From an uncultured virus (IMG/VR IMGVR_UViG_3300042539_000942) (taxonomy: Duplodnaviria > Heunggongvirae > Uroviricota > Caudoviricetes), in IMG/VR virus record IMGVR_UViG_3300042539_000942: a DNA stretch of 57,811 nt. One strand, written 5' to 3'. The notes under the pieces are model-generated. The model did not search any database. It worked only from the letters and a program-made list of their open reading frames with translations, and was not told the DNA's origin. The position numbers and the translations under genes are program-made. Shown here in pieces: positions 35,179 through 45,449 of the stretch. Positions within the stretch are counted from its first letter, which is position 1, and each line of letters opens with the position of its first letter.

Positions 35179-35213
35179 AAATATGGCGGAAAAAATTTCC
35201 GCCATATTTTTTT
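35179..35213. terminator. Probable bidirectional terminator between convergent gp32 and gp53
   Basis: aaatatggcggaaa-aaa-tttccgccatattt, a perfect 14-bp stem. Confidence 0.85.
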
Positions 35214-35226
35214 GTCAAAAAGGTCG

Positions 35227-35925
35227 CTATGGTTGAGTAATTCTTGGATTCTCAGTTTTCTTGAGATTTGGAGAAATAAATTGAGATCCTTCTCCATACT
35301 CCATTATTTCCTTCATGTCATCAATAATTGTAGGTATGAATTTGGATTTGATAATGTTAATGCTTCTTTTTGCGTCATTTAATCTGACTTCATAATCATA
35401 GTAAGAGATTCCTACAATTTCAGATTTAGTGATAATTTGTTTGTTATCTATGTAACGAAGTGAATAACCTGATGAAACTACAAGTCCTTCTGGTTGTATT
35501 AATCTATTGTTGGAATCCTTGATCTCTTTTGTTTCATAGTGATGAATTTGCTGTAATTGATTATCAGTATATTTTTGCTGCAAATACAATTCGAGTTGTT
35601 GATTTGATAATGGCCATTGATTTCTGATGTTGATAATTCCATTAATTGTTAAAACAACCCAATCCAAACAGGGGTCGCCATAAAATTTATAAGCAACTTG
35701 GTCAGGTCTTTCATCTCCTTCAATTTGATACTGATCAAAATTAATGAATGAACCAAGAATGTCTGATCTAATTTTTGCTGCTTTGAAAATGTTTTTGACT
35801 GTTACATAGTCAAATGCTGATGTCTTTTGACCACTTAAATCTGGATACTGTAAATTTGGAAGTTGGCGGAAATACGAATTTGAAAATTGAAATTCGTTGT
35901 ATGGGGAGTATTCTTGAATTGCCAT
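35227..35925 (-). CDS. gp53: Baseplate wedge subunit (LysM-like)
   Basis: YFRQLPNLQY, VKNIF, GDERPDQVAYKFYGD, DWVVL, QWPLS, HHYET. Confidence 0.85.
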   Translation of the reverse strand: MAIQEYSPYNEFQFSNSYFRQLPNLQYPDLSGQKTSAFDYVTVKNIFKAAKIRSDILGSFINFDQYQIEGDERPDQVAYKFYGDPCLDWVVLTINGIINIRNQWPLSNQQLELYLQQKYTDNQLQQIHHYETKEIKDSNNRLIQPEGLVVSSGYSLRYIDNKQIITKSEIVGISYYDYEVRLNDAKRSINIIKSKFIPTIIDDMKEIMEYGEGSQFISPNLKKTENPRITQP

Positions 35926-35926
35926 T

Positions 35927-37117
35927 TTAGTAACCTACATCGTCTCCAGAGTATTTGTTTTGGTCTTCATCGTAAATTGGTTGTAATTCAGTGAATTCTA
36001 ATTGAATTCTTACTGCGACTGGTTGCGAATCTTCATAGGCAACCCACATGCCATCTGGAGCAGAATCTGTAGTGATTCTTCTCAGTGCCATGTCTTTGAA
36101 TTTATTAACTGATTTATTATTATTTTTTGTTTTATACTCTAATCCAAAAATATCTGGAGTTCCCAAAAGAGCATTATTTAATTTTTTAGGTGCTACTCCA
36201 TCTTTAAAGAATTTGATAATTCTACGAATGTTTGCACCTTCATCCTTGTTTCTTGCAACTAAGATGTATGAAAATGTAAACTGCCTTAAATCTGGACCTC
36301 TAAACAGTAATTCGGCATTTGGGTTTGCAATATTACCAGTTGTTCTTGCTAATAATTCGTCTGGGCTAATGTTGCTTCCAAGTAAACTGACACCTTGCGC
36401 TGCAAAATACGCACCAGCAACAGCAGCACCGCCTGCAGCACTTTCAGTAAATTCTCCTAAATTAAATTTATAATTTTGATCTCCTTTTGTCATTCCTAAA
36501 TTTCTTAAAGTTCCTCCAACGGCACCAACAGCTCCTGCTGCAAAAACGTTTAATTTGCTTTCTCCCCATTCAGTTCCATTAGAATCACTTACTTTTGGCA
36601 TAGGAAGAATTACAGTTCCAGTATATTGAGAACCTCTAGTTCCTGTTCCTCCTGATGGTGCTGAATACTTGAATTTGTTTATTTGCAAATAATCTTGTGT
36701 GGTGTCAATGTCAACTGGATAAGCAAGAGTTGATGTTGATGATTTTGTTTTTTTAGTTACCGATGAAGATAAATTATAGTTTTGATTTGATGGAATCGGT
36801 ACTAACTGTTTATTTTCATCCTTTTCTATAATTGCGTTATTATTAAATGAAGTTACTTGTTTATAGTATAAGTCATCTAATTGTTCGTCTGAAACAAACT
36901 TAATTGTTTGATTCGTTGTGCCATTATATTGATTAACAATTGTAGATAATTCAGAACTTTGAGAAATTGTATTCCAGTCTGATGATGCTGGATCAACTGG
37001 CGTTCCGTTTATTTGAATACCTTGAACATAACCATCTTTAGAACCACCATCTACTATGTCCGCAGTAATTTCTGCAGATCCGAAATTAGCAATAGCAAAT
37101 GAGTTGGTATATGCCAT
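35927..37117 (-). CDS. gp48: Baseplate tail-tube cap
   Basis: LAYP, VILPMP, NPNAELLFRGPDLRQFTFSY, IIKFFK, LEFTEL. Confidence 0.8.
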   Translation of the reverse strand: MAYTNSFAIANFGSAEITADIVDGGSKDGYVQGIQINGTPVDPASSDWNTISQSSELSTIVNQYNGTTNQTIKFVSDEQLDDLYYKQVTSFNNNAIIEKDENKQLVPIPSNQNYNLSSSVTKKTKSSTSTLAYPVDIDTTQDYLQINKFKYSAPSGGTGTRGSQYTGTVILPMPKVSDSNGTEWGESKLNVFAAGAVGAVGGTLRNLGMTKGDQNYKFNLGEFTESAAGGAAVAGAYFAAQGVSLLGSNISPDELLARTTGNIANPNAELLFRGPDLRQFTFSYILVARNKDEGANIRRIIKFFKDGVAPKKLNNALLGTPDIFGLEYKTKNNNKSVNKFKDMALRRITTDSAPDGMWVAYEDSQPVAVRIQLEFTELQPIYDEDQNKYSGDDVGY

Positions 37118-37120
37118 TAA

Positions 37121-37600
37121 TTAATTACCTTTTAAATGTCTTCCCGATCTGACTGAGGTTCCTTTAGAATCAACAAATTTTTCTGTCGGAAGATTAACAA
37201 CTCCTCTCCATTCAGTTTCTGGTATAAAGTGAGGAATTCCTTGTACTCCAGAAAAAAGATACTTACGAATAGTTTGTGGAGGAACTGCAAAACTTGATTG
37301 GCCTGATTTATTTATTAAGTCAAATGCAATTTCGTCTCGTTGATCTTGAGAAGCATAGTGTAGATTACATCCTAAAAATCCATCTGTATGAACTTCCATC
37401 ACAAATGCAAGTGGAAATCTATCATGACCTTTATCTGAATATTTAGGAGCATATGAAAACAGGTATAAATTTCCAGCAATGAATCCACTTGGTCTTTTGA
37501 ATTTACGAAACTCTAGTTCCGTAATTAGTTGGTTAATGTACCAATCTGGTTTTTTTGGACTTTTTCCTGCTTTTTTTAGGATTGATTCGTAAATTGTCAA
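37121..37600 (-). CDS. gp2: DNA end protector-like protein
   Basis: LYLFSYAPK, DRFPL, GFLGCNLHY, LPTEKF; TTG start overlapping the gp4 stop. Confidence 0.7.
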   Translation of the reverse strand: MTIYESILKKAGKSPKKPDWYINQLITELEFRKFKRPSGFIAGNLYLFSYAPKYSDKGHDRFPLAFVMEVHTDGFLGCNLHYASQDQRDEIAFDLINKSGQSSFAVPPQTIRKYLFSGVQGIPHFIPETEWRGVVNLPTEKFVDSKGTSVRSGRHLKGN

Positions 37601-38034
37601 ATTCCCAACTCCTTTTCTGTCATAACTCTAAATTCAAAAAGATTATCACGACAGAATTCTTCAGCTGCTTTCCATTTTGCTTGATTTTTTACATAAGTAA
37701 TTGTTTCGTGAATTAACGTTTTATTAGATTTTCCCTGTTTTCGAATGGGTTCCTGAGTTTCACGAAATGGTTTGATCTCTATAATCACCTTTCTTATTTT
37801 TCCCTCTTTGTCAATGTATTTGAGGTAAAAATCTGGAAAGTATCTTCTAAATTTTTTTGTTGTTGGGTCAAAGTATTTAATTGAAATCTCTTCCGATGCC
37901 CACTCTAATACCTTTTCGTTAGTATCTGCATACTTTGCAAACTTTCTTTCCCACAAACTTCTACAGACAATATTATTTGGATCGCCTTTGTATTTTTTGG
38001 GATTTTCTGGTTTATACCTTGTAGTATAAGCCAT
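37597..38034 (-). CDS. gp4: Head completion nuclease
   Basis: YKPENPKKYKGD, RSLWE, WASEE, RYFPDF, IEIKP, NQAKWKAA. Confidence 0.9.
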   Translation of the reverse strand: MAYTTRYKPENPKKYKGDPNNIVCRSLWERKFAKYADTNEKVLEWASEEISIKYFDPTTKKFRRYFPDFYLKYIDKEGKIRKVIIEIKPFRETQEPIRKQGKSNKTLIHETITYVKNQAKWKAAEEFCRDNLFEFRVMTEKELGI

Positions 38035-38066
38035 AAATACTACTGATAAACTAAGAAGTATTTATT
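38032..38066. promoter_or_regulatory. Interlocked divergent late promoters
   Basis: CATAAATA (+, 38032-39) and AATAAATA (-, 38059-66) around a 32-bp intergenic gap. Confidence 0.7.
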
Positions 38067-38780
38067 GTGGGAGTTTCTGCAAGCGATTTTAGATATACGA
38101 TAGAGAAAGTCAAAAATGTTTTTTCTAAAGTATCGTTTGATAATCTCTATCAAGTAACTTTTCCTGTTGGAAATTATACAAATTGGTTGTTAGGTAGTGA
38201 TTTAAATAGAACTACCTTAGATACCGATGGATTTGATTTGTTTCAAAAAGTAGGATTACTTTGTACACAAGCAGAACTTCCAGGAACTCAATATTCAACA
38301 ACACAAGTCGTTGGTGATAGGCAAGGTTTGATTGAGGTTTTCCCAACAATTCGTTCTTATCCTCCATTAAATTTAACATTTTATGTAGATACTAGTCATG
38401 TTATCATTAAATTCTTTGAAACATGGATGAATTACATTAATCCGATTAACAAGACGGATAGATCGGATAGCACTTATTCGAAATTGAGATATCCAGATTC
38501 TTATAAAGATACGATTAGAATAGTTAAGTTTGAAAAAGATACTTTATATCAAGAAGAAAGACCTGGAGTTTCTGAGGCATTATATAAGTCAAATATGTTA
38601 AGTTATGAGTTAACAAAGGCATGGCCAATCAACATTACTTCAATGCCAGTAAGTTATGGAAATTCAAATGTTCTAAAAGTTAGTGTGACCTTTCAATATG
38701 ATAGATATTACGTTTCGGAAATAACAAAAACGGGATTAGAATCAAAACTATTCAATAGTTCAAACATCTTAAATTCTTAA
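38067..38780 (+). CDS. Tail-tube-fold baseplate protein (gp54/gp19-like)
   Basis: LLCTQAELPG, LTFYVD, FFETWMNYI, AWPINI, VSVTFQYDRY; GTG start. Confidence 0.75.
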   Translation: MGVSASDFRYTIEKVKNVFSKVSFDNLYQVTFPVGNYTNWLLGSDLNRTTLDTDGFDLFQKVGLLCTQAELPGTQYSTTQVVGDRQGLIEVFPTIRSYPPLNLTFYVDTSHVIIKFFETWMNYINPINKTDRSDSTYSKLRYPDSYKDTIRIVKFEKDTLYQEERPGVSEALYKSNMLSYELTKAWPINITSMPVSYGNSNVLKVSVTFQYDRYYVSEITKTGLESKLFNSSNILNS

Positions 38781-38811
38781 ACTAAATAAATTTACTGATA
38801 AAAACTGAGTT

Positions 38812-39540
38812 ATGACAACATTACCTGCACCAGCGACACCTGTTTATGAGTTGGTTTTGCCATCAAATAACAAGAAAATTAAGTATCGTCCTTTTCTTGT
38901 TAAAGAAGAGAAAATTTTAATTCTTGCAATGGAATCTCAGAACAATTATGAGATTTCAAACGCTGTCAAACAGGTTTTAGCAAACTGTTTGATCACCAAA
39001 GGAATTGATGTTGACGAACTTCCAACGTTTGACATTGAATATTTCTTTTTAAACATTCGTGGTAAATCTATTGGCGAATCAATTAAGATGGTTGTTACTT
39101 GTTCTGATGATGGAACAACTGAAGTACCAGTGACAATTTATGTGGATGAAATTGAAGTTAAAAAGAATAAAGATCACAAGAGAGACATTGTTCTTGATGA
39201 CAAGTTAACACTTAGGATGAAGTATCCTTCTTTGAGTCAATTCATTGAAACTAACTTTGTGACTCCCACTACACCAGAAGAGAGAGTTGATGAAGAACTT
39301 AAAACAATGGCAAATTGTTTAGATACATTATATACTGAAGAGGAAGCATGGGATTTTAATCAATACACAGAGAAAGAAAGGATAGATTACGTTGGAAAAT
39401 TGACGCCAATGCAATATAAAGAAATGGAAAAGTTTTTTGATACTATGCCTAAACTTTATTATGAAATTGACGTTGAGAATCCAAACACTGGAGTCATCAA
39501 TAAAGTTTCGTTGGAGGGATTAAAGGATTTTTTCGCTTAA
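38812..39540 (+). CDS. gp26: Baseplate hub assembly/tail chaperone protein
   Basis: YELVLPS, YRPFLVKEEKILILA, FDIEYFFLNIRGKSIGE, FFDTMPKL, EGLKDFF. Confidence 0.85.
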   Translation: MTTLPAPATPVYELVLPSNNKKIKYRPFLVKEEKILILAMESQNNYEISNAVKQVLANCLITKGIDVDELPTFDIEYFFLNIRGKSIGESIKMVVTCSDDGTTEVPVTIYVDEIEVKKNKDHKRDIVLDDKLTLRMKYPSLSQFIETNFVTPTTPEERVDEELKTMANCLDTLYTEEEAWDFNQYTEKERIDYVGKLTPMQYKEMEKFFDTMPKLYYEIDVENPNTGVINKVSLEGLKDFFA

Positions 39541-39590
39541 GTATTGCAAGAGAAGATCTTGAATCACACTTTAGAATTAATTTTGCTCTC

Positions 39591-39710
39591 ATGCAATACC
39601 ATAAATATAGTTTAAGTGATGTTGAAAACATGATTCCTTGGGAAAGGGAAATTTATTTGGCTCTGCTGAAGGAACACATAGAAGAAGAGAAACAAAAGCA
39701 AAATGGCTGA
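39591..39710 (+). CDS. gp51: Baseplate hub assembly catalyst; probably made as a -1 frameshift extension of gp26
   Basis: (NFAL)MQYHKYSLSDVENMIPWEREIY; frame open from 39504; absent from the ORF track. Confidence 0.75.
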   Translation: MQYHKYSLSDVENMIPWEREIYLALLKEHIEEEKQKQNG

Positions 39711-41163
39711 ACTAGCAGAAAGAAAAATTTCGACTCAAAGTTTCTTCAATAATTCACCAGTTTATGTTAATGGTGGTGACGAAGAAAAGTCTCGACAACT
39801 TTCTGAATCTGCTTTTGAAACTGCTCAAACTGCTTTAGTACAAAGTCAATCAAATCAAAATTATCTGCAATCATTATTGCAGACAATCAGCACTCAATCT
39901 ACTGAAATTCAGCAGATTAATGGAGAGGTTGTACGTGTAGAAAGAGAGTCTGATTCACAAGAACAGGAACTTGCAAAAGCAATTTCTTTTTTGAATAGTT
40001 CTTTTCTTTCTTTGAGTGCTGGATTGCAATCATTAAGAACTGATGTAGAAGGTATAAGTAGATATCTCTTAGATGAACAAAAACAAAGGCAACAACAGAT
40101 TGTAGCAAGGGAAAAACTTGTTGCTGCTAAAAAAGATGTACAAGAAAAGACTAATATTCTAAAATCTCTCAGGAAATCTGTTTCGGGTGGAGCTAAAGGG
40201 GCATTTCAATTTGGACAAACTGGAAGACCTCAGGGAGAAGAATCGTTCTTTCAGAAATTGGTTCAAGGTGCTGCCGCCGCAACTGGGATTGCAGTAGGAA
40301 CAGCAGTTTCTAATGATGATGAAATTACTCAATCTAGCGAGGGAAATGCAACTCAACAATCAATTTACAACTATTTAATTAATGATAAGGGGTTGTCTAA
40401 AGAACATGCTTTGGGTATTATGGCAAACATCAAAGCAGAAAGTGGATTTAGAACCAATGCGAAGAGTGGTGATGATGGCGGTGCTGGTGGATTGTTCCAG
40501 TGGAAAAAACCAAGAAGCACCAGAATGGCAGCAACAGTTAATGATTGGGAAAAAAATTGGAAAGGACAAATAGACTATGCTCTCAAAGAGGATGCTGGAC
40601 CATCATATTTAAATCAATCATTTAAATCTGCAGAGCAGGCAGCACGTTGGTGGATGATCAAATGGGAAAGACCTAGGGAATCTTTGTCTAGACCTGGAGG
40701 ACCAAGAGATAAAGAACATAACGCATGGATTAAATCATTTAAACCAGCAGAACAAACAGCAAAACCAGAAACAAAACCAGCAATAAAACCAAAACCATCA
40801 TCTGCATCACGTTCACCAGTGGGAACACCACAAGCAGCAGATGTAAAACCAGATCAAACGTCAATGAAACCACCATCTGGTGATGCGAGTGCTCCTTTTG
40901 TTGGAGCAGTTGCATCGACACAAGTTAAACCAGAGGTTCCACAAAAATCTGTTGCTGAATTGACTCCTCCTTCTTCATCTTCATCTGTGGCAACTCTTCC
41001 TCCAATTATGCAAGGATCTCAAGGTGGAACGAATACTGAAGCAGTTCCAGATTTTCCTTCTGGAAGTGAAATTGCGACAAATAACCCATTGACAAGATTG
41101 TGGACAATTAATTCAATAAATCATTTAAACATTAACGCATCAATGCCGCACATTTATGGTTAA
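39703..41163 (+). CDS. Coiled-coil tail protein with a phage-tail-lysozyme domain (tape-measure-like position)
   Basis: Gln-rich heptads; GIMANIKAESGF, GLFQW, WERP motifs. Confidence 0.75.
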   Translation: MAELAERKISTQSFFNNSPVYVNGGDEEKSRQLSESAFETAQTALVQSQSNQNYLQSLLQTISTQSTEIQQINGEVVRVERESDSQEQELAKAISFLNSSFLSLSAGLQSLRTDVEGISRYLLDEQKQRQQQIVAREKLVAAKKDVQEKTNILKSLRKSVSGGAKGAFQFGQTGRPQGEESFFQKLVQGAAAATGIAVGTAVSNDDEITQSSEGNATQQSIYNYLINDKGLSKEHALGIMANIKAESGFRTNAKSGDDGGAGGLFQWKKPRSTRMAATVNDWEKNWKGQIDYALKEDAGPSYLNQSFKSAEQAARWWMIKWERPRESLSRPGGPRDKEHNAWIKSFKPAEQTAKPETKPAIKPKPSSASRSPVGTPQAADVKPDQTSMKPPSGDASAPFVGAVASTQVKPEVPQKSVAELTPPSSSSSVATLPPIMQGSQGGTNTEAVPDFPSGSEIATNNPLTRLWTINSINHLNINASMPHIYG

Positions 41164-42202
41164 TATTAAAGAGTCATCGTTGCTTGGATCAGCACCATCT
41201 TCAATCCGAAAGGTGGATTCTTTCTTGCGTTTGAGTGATTTAAAAACTGACAATAACATTAAAAAATCATCTTTTTTGAACACAGAACTTGATAATAGAG
41301 AGGAAAAACTTGCAGATGATGAAGCAAAAATTAGTTCCGTTTCTCTAATGACAGATGGTGAAAATCTGCAGCAGCAACTTGATCCAACAACATTTTATTC
41401 GCAGGGATTTGTTGATGCCTTAAAATCTCTCACTGAAGAAATGGGAGGATCGCAGCAACAGGAGCAACAGAATAAAGAACCTTCTCCTGCTGGTCTTGTT
41501 GGAGGTATGCTAGGTGCTGGTGGTTTTGCTGCTCTGAGTGGAACAAGTGGATCTGTTGCTTATGGTGGTAAAACACAGGCACCATTAACAGTTTCTTATA
41601 GTCCTTTTAAATCATCTCAACCAATCATTTCTGGAGTAGGATACAGACAAAGCACGGGAACTAATCATAAAGGTTATGATGTATCAGCACCATCAGGAAC
41701 TCCCCTTTATGCTTATTTTCCTGGAGTTGTGACAAAAGCAGGTTATGATTCTGGATATGGTAATTACATTGAATGGAAAGATAGTGTTTATGGAGAAACT
41801 CATTTTTTTGGACATCTCATCAAACCAGCAAATTATAAACAGGGGCAAACTTTTGATCAGGGAGCACTGTTGGGAAATGTTGGATCTACTGGTAGAAGTG
41901 AAGGACCACATTTACATTGGGAAATAGGACCTAGAGGAGGAACTGTAGATCCTGGGCAATGGACTAGAACACATCCAATGAAAACAAAAGATACAGAAGC
42001 AGCAAAAATTAAACCAGAAATTAAATCAAAACCAGGAGATTTAAAACCTTCTACAACAGCAACAGCAACAAGAACACTGATTCAACCAGTTATTGCCCAA
42101 TCTCCTAGTCAAGTTCAGTCTGGGCAACTAAATAGGCAAGGTGGAGGTTCAAATACTTCAAATTTCACCACAATGGCATCTAATCTCTCATCAATTGGGT
42201 AA
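41156..42202 (+). CDS. Tail-associated M23 metallopeptidase
   Basis: HKGYD (HxxxD), GYGNY, GSTGRSEGPHLHWE (HxH). Confidence 0.85.
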   Translation: MVNIKESSLLGSAPSSIRKVDSFLRLSDLKTDNNIKKSSFLNTELDNREEKLADDEAKISSVSLMTDGENLQQQLDPTTFYSQGFVDALKSLTEEMGGSQQQEQQNKEPSPAGLVGGMLGAGGFAALSGTSGSVAYGGKTQAPLTVSYSPFKSSQPIISGVGYRQSTGTNHKGYDVSAPSGTPLYAYFPGVVTKAGYDSGYGNYIEWKDSVYGETHFFGHLIKPANYKQGQTFDQGALLGNVGSTGRSEGPHLHWEIGPRGGTVDPGQWTRTHPMKTKDTEAAKIKPEIKSKPGDLKPSTTATATRTLIQPVIAQSPSQVQSGQLNRQGGGSNTSNFTTMASNLSSIG

Positions 42203-43425
42203 TGGCAGTAGACAATTATAAAATTAAACAGTTATCTATAATTTCTGATACTTTTGGTGAGTACAGTATTGCAAGAGGTGCTGCAATTAATTATTATGAA
42301 GACATTCTATGCCCAACAATTTCATTATCAATTACGTTTGTGGATACAGATGGTGTTTTGAGTAATGGACCAATTTTGGGTGGGGAAAGTTTAGTTGGAG
42401 AAATTTATTTTCCCTATGCCAATCAATCATTAAAATTTACGAAGAATCATAAAATTATTAATCAAACAACAGGAGATGCTTTTACAAAATCCAGTGGTCA
42501 AATGGCAACACTGAATGGATTTTCTCTTGAATGTTTGAAAAATGAAACGATTAGATTGGGAAAAAAATACGAAGGAAACATAGGAAATACTGTCAAATCT
42601 TTGCTAAATGGATCTGAAAAAAGTTTACAAACTAAGAAAAAAATAAATTCAGAGAATACGACAAACTCTTATTCCTTTATTGGCAATCAAAAAAGACCAT
42701 TTGATACAATTCAATGGTTGTGTCCAAAAAGTCAAAATGGAACTACCTCTGGAGGATTTCTATTTTTTGAAACTTTAGATGGTTATGTATTTAAATCTGT
42801 TGATACATTATTAAAACAGTCTTCTGTTGCCACATACAAAAAAACTGAGATTGTAAATCCTGGAGATAGATTTGTAATTATTTCAGATTATTTGACAAAG
42901 AATTCTGATCAAAGTGCAATGTCAAGAATGGGAATGTATGCCAATAAAACAATTTATTGGGATTCTAAGAACATGAAAATGCAGAATGATACGCAGTATC
43001 AAGTTACTAAAGTTTCGCAAGTGAGTCCGAAGAAATATCCAAAACTTCCCGAAAATCTGCACGATCAACCAACCAGATTTATGTTTAGAATGTTAGATGT
43101 TGGGGCATTACAATCTGGAGAAACCACTGAGGATGAGCAAAAACCAGAAGAGTTATCTAAATACCAAAATCAAACATACATTCGTTTGAATCTTTTGTTT
43201 TCGCAATCCTTGAACATTCTAGTTCCATTAAACCCTGATTTGAGAGCAGGACAAGTAATTACAGTTCAGTTTCCTCTTCCAACAAGTGATCAAGAAAAGA
43301 AAAAATTTGGAACAGATAAAACAAAAGATTCAAGTGGTAATTATTTAATTTCTCAACTTAAACACAGCATTTATAATAATAGAGCATACACTGCTTTAAA
43401 ACTTATCAGAGATTCATTTACTTAA
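42202..43425 (+). CDS. Baseplate hub protein (gp27-like)
   Basis: YYEDI, PFDTIQWLC, FLFFETLDGYVFKSVD, LRAG, SGNYLISQLKH; precedes gp5. Confidence 0.7.
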   Translation: MAVDNYKIKQLSIISDTFGEYSIARGAAINYYEDILCPTISLSITFVDTDGVLSNGPILGGESLVGEIYFPYANQSLKFTKNHKIINQTTGDAFTKSSGQMATLNGFSLECLKNETIRLGKKYEGNIGNTVKSLLNGSEKSLQTKKKINSENTTNSYSFIGNQKRPFDTIQWLCPKSQNGTTSGGFLFFETLDGYVFKSVDTLLKQSSVATYKKTEIVNPGDRFVIISDYLTKNSDQSAMSRMGMYANKTIYWDSKNMKMQNDTQYQVTKVSQVSPKKYPKLPENLHDQPTRFMFRMLDVGALQSGETTEDEQKPEELSKYQNQTYIRLNLLFSQSLNILVPLNPDLRAGQVITVQFPLPTSDQEKKKFGTDKTKDSSGNYLISQLKHSIYNNRAYTALKLIRDSFT

Positions 43426-43426
43426 A

Positions 43427-45448
43427 ATGACTGAACAAACTGTAGTAAAACAGAATTTTTTTGGAAAAGATCAGTTTCAATGGTGGATTGGTCAAGTTAC
43501 TGATCCAGAAACTGGAAAGTGGGGAAAAGCACTTCAAACGCAAAAGGTTGAAGATGGAAATGAAGTTTACTATTATAGAACTAGAGTTAGGATCATAGGG
43601 TATCATGATGATCCTACTGATCTGCCTGACGATAAACTCCCATTTGCTCATGTTTTAGGACCAGCAAATCAAACATCTGGCATTGATGGTGAAGGAAGTT
43701 TGCTTGGATTAAAGGGTGGAGAAATTGTTCTTGGATTTTTCTTAGATGGAGAAGATGGACAACAACCCGTCGTATTTGGAACTCTCTATCGAAACAGAAA
43801 TGTAAAAAGTATTCCAGTAGATCAAAGAAAAACTGCTTTTGATCCATTCACTCCTCAAACAGCATCTGCAGGTAAACATGCAATTGATGAGAAGGCAAAG
43901 CAATCTGGTGATCCTGTAAGTGGAGTTCCAAACGATGAAGCAGATGATGAAATAACACAGGCAAAGACTGATTTTAATACTCTAACCGATGTTGAAATTA
44001 CACCACCAAATCCTTGTGGAGATTCAGGAATTGGTGAAATTAGTTCAATCCTGAATCAATTTTCTAAAACTTTATCAAGACTTCAAAATCTTGATGGTCA
44101 ATACATTGATCCCATTATGGGTAAGATCGTTGACATTGAAAATGAAGTTAAATCTATTGCTGGATCAATTTTTGGTAAAGTATCTGAATGGATTCGTAAG
44201 ATTAGAGATCAAATTATGAAACTTGTTTATGAAGCACTTGATAAATTGATCAAAACGATTTTTCCTAAACCACAACAACCTTATGGGGGTCAGGCACAAA
44301 AGTCAATTACTGATTCTATTTTTTGCCTTTTTGAAAATCTTTTAAGAGATGTATTTGATTATCTATTTGATAGTATTATGAGTTTTGTGGATCAAGTTGT
44401 AAGTTTTACTGACTGTGTTGTGGATTCATTTTTGGGGGACATGTTTTCTCAATTAAATTCTATCATTGATACTTTAATGGGATCTATTTTGTCTGCTGCT
44501 GGCGTTGCTGGAAGTATAGATTCTATTATTAGTAGTGCTTTGTCTGGGTTGGGATTTTTATCAGATCTGTTTAATTGTGATAAGGTTGATTGTAGAGAAC
44601 CTCATTCTTGGTCAACAAGATACGGAACTGCAAAAATGTTAGTGGATAATTTTGAAGATCTTTTTAGTTCCAATCCACTTGACATTGGAGGCGGCGGCGG
44701 TTCAGGATTTAATCCACCGTCTATTGGATCACCAAGTTGTTCACTCAATACAATTCAAGAATTAACACCTGACGTTCAATTTATAGGACCATCAAATCAA
44801 TCTGCATCTGCAGTTGCAATGGTGGATGATGGTGGGCAAATTGTAGGTGTTGCAATTACTAACAGTGGAAGTTATAATACAGGAGATGTACCAATTGTTA
44901 CCTTTGTAGATCCGAGCACACCAGATACAAATGGTTATGGTGCTGGTGGAATTGCTATTATGGGTCCCGTTAGTCCTTTATCAGATGGAACTTACAAATC
45001 AGATCCAAATGGAAAAGAAATTGGTGTTGTGGATGTTGCAATTATTAGTGGCGGCGGCGGGTATTCTCAGACGGATACCATTTGGGAAAAAGGTCAAACC
45101 AAACCAAATACTGGTAAGAAAGTTATAAATGATTATAAATGTGAAATTTCTAGAATTATTGTTTTGGATACTGGATGGGGATACTCCCCAAATACAACAG
45201 TAAGTGTTGGATCTTGCACTTTTCCTGTTAAATTGACTTCTAGAGGAAACATTGTTCAAGTATTTGTAACCAAAACAAAATGTGGACTTGATTGTAAAAA
45301 GAGACCGATTGCTAAAATAAATAGTGCAAAAGGTGTTGGTGCTAAATTGAAAGTTGTGATGAAGTATGAAAGAATTGACTCTACGCAAGCAATTAGCACC
45401 ACTGATGATGGGGATGTTATTTCTGTTGTTGATTGTATAGGTAAATAA
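43427..45448 (+). CDS. gp5: Baseplate central spike protein, N-terminal OB-fold part
   Basis: WWIGQV, RVRIIGYH, LPFAHV, VLGFFLDGEDGQQPVVFG. Confidence 0.85.
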   Translation: MTEQTVVKQNFFGKDQFQWWIGQVTDPETGKWGKALQTQKVEDGNEVYYYRTRVRIIGYHDDPTDLPDDKLPFAHVLGPANQTSGIDGEGSLLGLKGGEIVLGFFLDGEDGQQPVVFGTLYRNRNVKSIPVDQRKTAFDPFTPQTASAGKHAIDEKAKQSGDPVSGVPNDEADDEITQAKTDFNTLTDVEITPPNPCGDSGIGEISSILNQFSKTLSRLQNLDGQYIDPIMGKIVDIENEVKSIAGSIFGKVSEWIRKIRDQIMKLVYEALDKLIKTIFPKPQQPYGGQAQKSITDSIFCLFENLLRDVFDYLFDSIMSFVDQVVSFTDCVVDSFLGDMFSQLNSIIDTLMGSILSAAGVAGSIDSIISSALSGLGFLSDLFNCDKVDCREPHSWSTRYGTAKMLVDNFEDLFSSNPLDIGGGGGSGFNPPSIGSPSCSLNTIQELTPDVQFIGPSNQSASAVAMVDDGGQIVGVAITNSGSYNTGDVPIVTFVDPSTPDTNGYGAGGIAIMGPVSPLSDGTYKSDPNGKEIGVVDVAIISGGGGYSQTDTIWEKGQTKPNTGKKVINDYKCEISRIIVLDTGWGYSPNTTVSVGSCTFPVKLTSRGNIVQVFVTKTKCGLDCKKRPIAKINSAKGVGAKLKVVMKYERIDSTQAISTTDDGDVISVVDCIGK

Positions 45449-45449
45449 A

